Of a stretch of 64,000 nucleotides of DNA, positions 60,950 to 64,000 are shown in pieces. How positions within the stretch are numbered: position 1 is the stretch's first letter; each line of letters opens with the position of its first letter. The stretch lies in assembly GCA_037481815.1 (NCBI GenBank), contig JBBFKX010000002.1, positions 169,663 through 233,662 on the forward strand, given 5' to 3'. Below the pieces are notes generated by a model. It ran no database searches, was not told the DNA's origin, and was given only the letters and a program-made list of their open reading frames with translations. The position numbers and the translations under genes are program-made. This DNA comes from a candidate division WOR-3 bacterium. Lineage in GTDB: Bacteria; Hydrothermota; 32-111.

Positions 60950-62071
60950 TTGTTTATGAAAAAAATTTTACTCATGACATTTTCTAATATAAAATCGGAT
61001 TCCAGAGTTTTAAGATACATTAAATCTTTCGATGAAACTTACACTGTTTATCTTATCGGTAATGGAGATTTTTTGCCTGAAAACAAAAATCTTATCTATA
61101 TCAACATAAATTATAAATCAAGAAGGAAAAACAAGTCGATTTTTGAGTTTTTGTATTACAATTTCTATTTGAAATTTAAAGCATTTGTACTTATAAAACT
61201 CATCAAGCCAGATTTTATACATTCAAACGATTTTGAAACATTTCTTCCATCATATCTTGCATTTTTGAATAAAAAAAATAAACTGATATATGATTCACAT
61301 GAGATCTGGTGTGAAAGAGCAGGTGTAAAGAAGAATATTATTATAAAAATTCTCAATTATTTTGAATATTTGCTTGAAAAATCTTTTACAAAAAAGATCA
61401 GGTATTTTATTACAGTTTCTGATTCGATCAAACTTTATTTTGAAAAAAGATATAAAATCAAAAATCTTTATGTTATCAGAAATGTCCCAACTTTTTTTGA
61501 TAACAACGAGATTGAAAAAAATATTCTTGATTCTGTTAAAGATGAGAAAAGGTTGAAATTTGTTTATATCGGTCCATTATCTTATGAACGGAATATTCCT
61601 TTTTTGATAGGTATCTTTAAAGATTTTGAAAACGATTTTCATTTAACTTTAATCGGGAAAAATTTTTTAAAATTACCAGATTACCAAAATATAAAAATTT
61701 TTGATAACATAGATGAAAATAAAGTAATTCCAACTTTAAAGTTTTTCGATATCGGTGTTCATCCTTTAAAACTTGATAACCTAAATCATAAATTTTCTTT
61801 ACCGAACAAAATTTTTCAATATATGGCATCATCCCTTGCATTGTTCGTTTATGAAAATCCCGAAACTTTAAAAATTATAGAAAAATATAAAAATGGTTTC
61901 ACTGCCGATTTTTCAGATCATAAAAATGTTGCTGAAAGATTGAAACTCTTCCAGAAGACAGACATCAAAAGAATGAAGGAAAATTCATATAGAGGTTTTT
62001 TAGAAGAGTACAACTGGGATAACGAAAAAAAGGTTTACCAGAAGATACTTAAAAAAATTACAAATCTTTAA
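60950..62071 (+). CDS. Putative GT-B-fold glycosyltransferase
   Basis: 373 aa on the plus strand, the only such gene in this neighbourhood. The C-terminal region (..HKFSLPNKIFQYMASSLALFVYEN..) resembles the E-x7-E region of GT4-like enzymes, but the match is weak. Confidence 0.5.
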   Translation: MFMKKILLMTFSNIKSDSRVLRYIKSFDETYTVYLIGNGDFLPENKNLIYININYKSRRKNKSIFEFLYYNFYLKFKAFVLIKLIKPDFIHSNDFETFLPSYLAFLNKKNKLIYDSHEIWCERAGVKKNIIIKILNYFEYLLEKSFTKKIRYFITVSDSIKLYFEKRYKIKNLYVIRNVPTFFDNNEIEKNILDSVKDEKRLKFVYIGPLSYERNIPFLIGIFKDFENDFHLTLIGKNFLKLPDYQNIKIFDNIDENKVIPTLKFFDIGVHPLKLDNLNHKFSLPNKIFQYMASSLALFVYENPETLKIIEKYKNGFTADFSDHKNVAERLKLFQKTDIKRMKENSYRGFLEEYNWDNEKKVYQKILKKITNL

Positions 62072-63410
62072 TATTGTAATATCTGATTTTTCTATAAAGA
62101 GTTGATAGATTTATTCCAAGTGCCACACTTGCCTGTTTTTTATCGTAGTTAAAATATTTTAAAGTATCCTCAATAAGTTTTTTTTCAACATCTTCGATTT
62201 TCTGTGGAACAAAAACTGCCTGATCGGTTTGAACTTTTAAACTCGAAAGTAGTGGAATATCCGATTTTTTTATTTCAAAATTATCTTTTATCACTATTAT
62301 CCTTTCAACTATATTCATAAGTTCTCTTACATTACCAGGCCAGGAATATTCGGTTAAAACATTATAAACTTCCGGGTCAACCTTTTTTATAGTTTTGCCC
62401 ATCTTTTTTGAATAGTAGTCAACATAGTAATCAAAAATCTTTGGAATATCTTTCTTCCTTTCTCTTAAAGGCGGAAGATCTATCCTTACAACATTCAACC
62501 TGTAAAAAAGATCCAATCTGAATCTATTATTTTTTACTTCTTCATCTATATTTTTATTGGTTGCTGATATTATTCTGACATCAACAGGTATCGGTTCTGT
62601 TGAACCAACTGGAACAACCTCTTTTTCCTGTAAAACTCTCAGAAGTTTTGCCTGAAGAACAAAGTCCATCTCAGATATCTCGTCTAGAAAAAGTGTTCCC
62701 ATATCAGCGACCTTGATTAGTCCATCCTTATTCGTGTATGCACCTGTAAAAGCACCTTTTTTGTAACCGAAAAGTTCACTTTCTATAAGATTCGGATTCA
62801 ATGCAGCACAGTTGAAAGAAACAAAGTTTTTGTCTCTTCTTTTTGAGTTGTTGTGTATCATCCTTGCGATCAACTCTTTTCCTGTTCCACTCTCTCCAGT
62901 TATCAGAACCGTTGAGTCAGTTTTTGAAATATCGTTTAAGTTCTTTAAAATAATTTTGATCTTTTCATCCTCTCCAATAAAATCTGATGGTATTTGAAAA
63001 TTTTCCCTTTCTTTAAGATAGATGTAGTTTAACTTCTCATCCCTATTCTTCAAAGCCCTATCCACAATCTCGACAAGATAATCAGAATCCTCAACCTTTT
63101 CGAGAAAATCGAAAGCACCATTTCTGAGAGCATCGAGCAAAAGTTCCTGTGTTTTTCCAAATGCGGTTATAAGGATAACATTGACGATTGGATCTATCTC
63201 CCTTAGCCGTTTTAAAAGTTCTATTCCCGACATCTCTTTCATCTTTATATCAGATATCACAAGATCGATGTTCTCGTTTTTGAATTTTTCCAAAGCATCC
63301 TCGGGGCTTGTTGTAAATGTGGTTTTGTATCCCAAATTTTTTAGTTTGTAATCAAGAACTTTACATCTGTTCAGATCATCATCAACTATAAGAATATGAT
63401 ACTTATTCAA
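62058..63410 (-). CDS. Sigma-54-dependent response regulator (NtrC/PilR family: REC + AAA+ + HTH)
   Basis: 450 aa. Receiver (ILIVDDD..LVISDIKM), sigma-54 interaction domain (GESGTGKELIARMIHNNS, GAFTGA, ESELFGY) and a C-terminal Fis-type HTH. Confidence 0.9.
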   Translation of the reverse strand: MNKYHILIVDDDLNRCKVLDYKLKNLGYKTTFTTSPEDALEKFKNENIDLVISDIKMKEMSGIELLKRLREIDPIVNVILITAFGKTQELLLDALRNGAFDFLEKVEDSDYLVEIVDRALKNRDEKLNYIYLKERENFQIPSDFIGEDEKIKIILKNLNDISKTDSTVLITGESGTGKELIARMIHNNSKRRDKNFVSFNCAALNPNLIESELFGYKKGAFTGAYTNKDGLIKVADMGTLFLDEISEMDFVLQAKLLRVLQEKEVVPVGSTEPIPVDVRIISATNKNIDEEVKNNRFRLDLFYRLNVVRIDLPPLRERKKDIPKIFDYYVDYYSKKMGKTIKKVDPEVYNVLTEYSWPGNVRELMNIVERIIVIKDNFEIKKSDIPLLSSLKVQTDQAVFVPQKIEDVEKKLIEDTLKYFNYDKKQASVALGINLSTLYRKIRYYNIKDL

Positions 63411-64000
63411 TGTTCCTCCTGAATTTCAAAGTAAATTCAGTATAACCTTTTTCGCTTTTAAAATCAATCTCTCCTGAATGTTCATCTTTCACGATCTTGT
63501 AAACTATCGAAAGTCCAAGTCCAGTTCCTTTCGTCTTGTTCGTTGTAAAAGGTTGAAATATTTTTGCTTTTAAATCTTGATCAATACCTTTTCCATTATC
63601 GATGAACTTTAAAACATCGTATCCATTTTCCCGCTCATACACAACCTTCACAACACCATTTTCAAGACCATCTATTGCATCAAAACTGTTATCAAGAAGG
63701 TTTATAAAAACCTGTTTAAGACCTGTTCTTTCAGCAAAAATCATAGCATTTTCAAAATTTTCAAATCTTACCTTTTTATATTTTTCATCACACAGAAAAA
63801 GTTCTCCTAAAAACTCCTTTAAATTTATAAGTGTTGGTTCGATTTTTCTTACTCGAGCATATTCAAGAAACTGGTTCACAAGTAAGTTCAACCTTTCGAC
63901 CTCTTCGAAAAGAATGTTGAACATCGGATGAGACCTGTATTCATCTTTTAGTTCCCCAAGAAGAATCCTGGCACTCTCTTTTATGTTCGAAACAGGATTT
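63403..64000 (-). CDS. Sensor histidine kinase, C-terminal part (gene runs off the window end)
   Basis: HATPase_c motifs (NLLDNSFDA.., DNGKGID, GTGLGLSIVYKIV). Overlaps the start of the downstream NtrC-like gene by 8 nt. The track gives 63403..63924, but the reading frame stays open to the window end. Confidence 0.7.
   Translation of the reverse strand, partial: NPVSNIKESARILLGELKDEYRSHPMFNILFEEVERLNLLVNQFLEYARVRKIEPTLINLKEFLGELFLCDEKYKKVRFENFENAMIFAERTGLKQVFINLLDNSFDAIDGLENGVVKVVYERENGYDVLKFIDNGKGIDQDLKAKIFQPFTTNKTKGTGLGLSIVYKIVKDEHSGEIDFKSEKGYTEFTLKFRRNIE

Overview
This is a visibly AT-rich bacterial chromosomal segment. Nearly every gene is on the minus strand, in long co-directional runs with small gaps or overlaps; only two CDS are on the plus strand (27799..28962 and 60950..62071). 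No CRISPR array and no obvious mobile element were seen.

Housekeeping blocks I can support from the sequence:
- Ribosomal genes rplM-rpsI-rpsB; rpsB runs off the window start.
- An SRP RNA followed by dnaX-ybaB-recR.
- mltG-ruvX, birA and nadC.
- nusB plus the complete rib operon ribD-ribE-ribBA-ribH, preceded by an FMN riboswitch.
- trkA/trkH.
- tRNA-Leu(UAG)-tig-clpP-clpX-lon.
- grpE-dnaK-dnaJ-rsmE-HIT.
- A ClpC/ClpB-type ATPase.

Signalling and motility content interleaved with these:
1. One tight minus-strand operon (14382 down to 2397) in which an MCP-like protein is followed by CheW, CheY, CheA and CheC. These run without a break into a 902-aa TPR protein, a DUF4388/PATAN-like protein, and three tandem Roadblock/LC7 (MglB-like) paralogs. 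No small GTPase is visible. This chemosensory-plus-Roadblock module is the most likely undescribed system here.
2. The MCP-like protein itself has no transmembrane segment and carries a C-terminal family-5 solute-binding (OppA/DppA-like) domain.
3. A c-di-GMP-type module: a giant soluble multi-PAS/GAF histidine kinase, a REC-GAF-degenerate-HD-GYP response regulator, and a membrane GGDEF cyclase.
4. Two tandem type IV pilin genes, each preceded by a sigma-54-like promoter and an identical upstream palindrome. Next to them are a PilS/PilR-like two-component pair and, further downstream on the minus strand (56547..57329), a prepilin peptidase.
5. A secreted C10-family cysteine peptidase with a T9SS-type C-terminal sorting domain.
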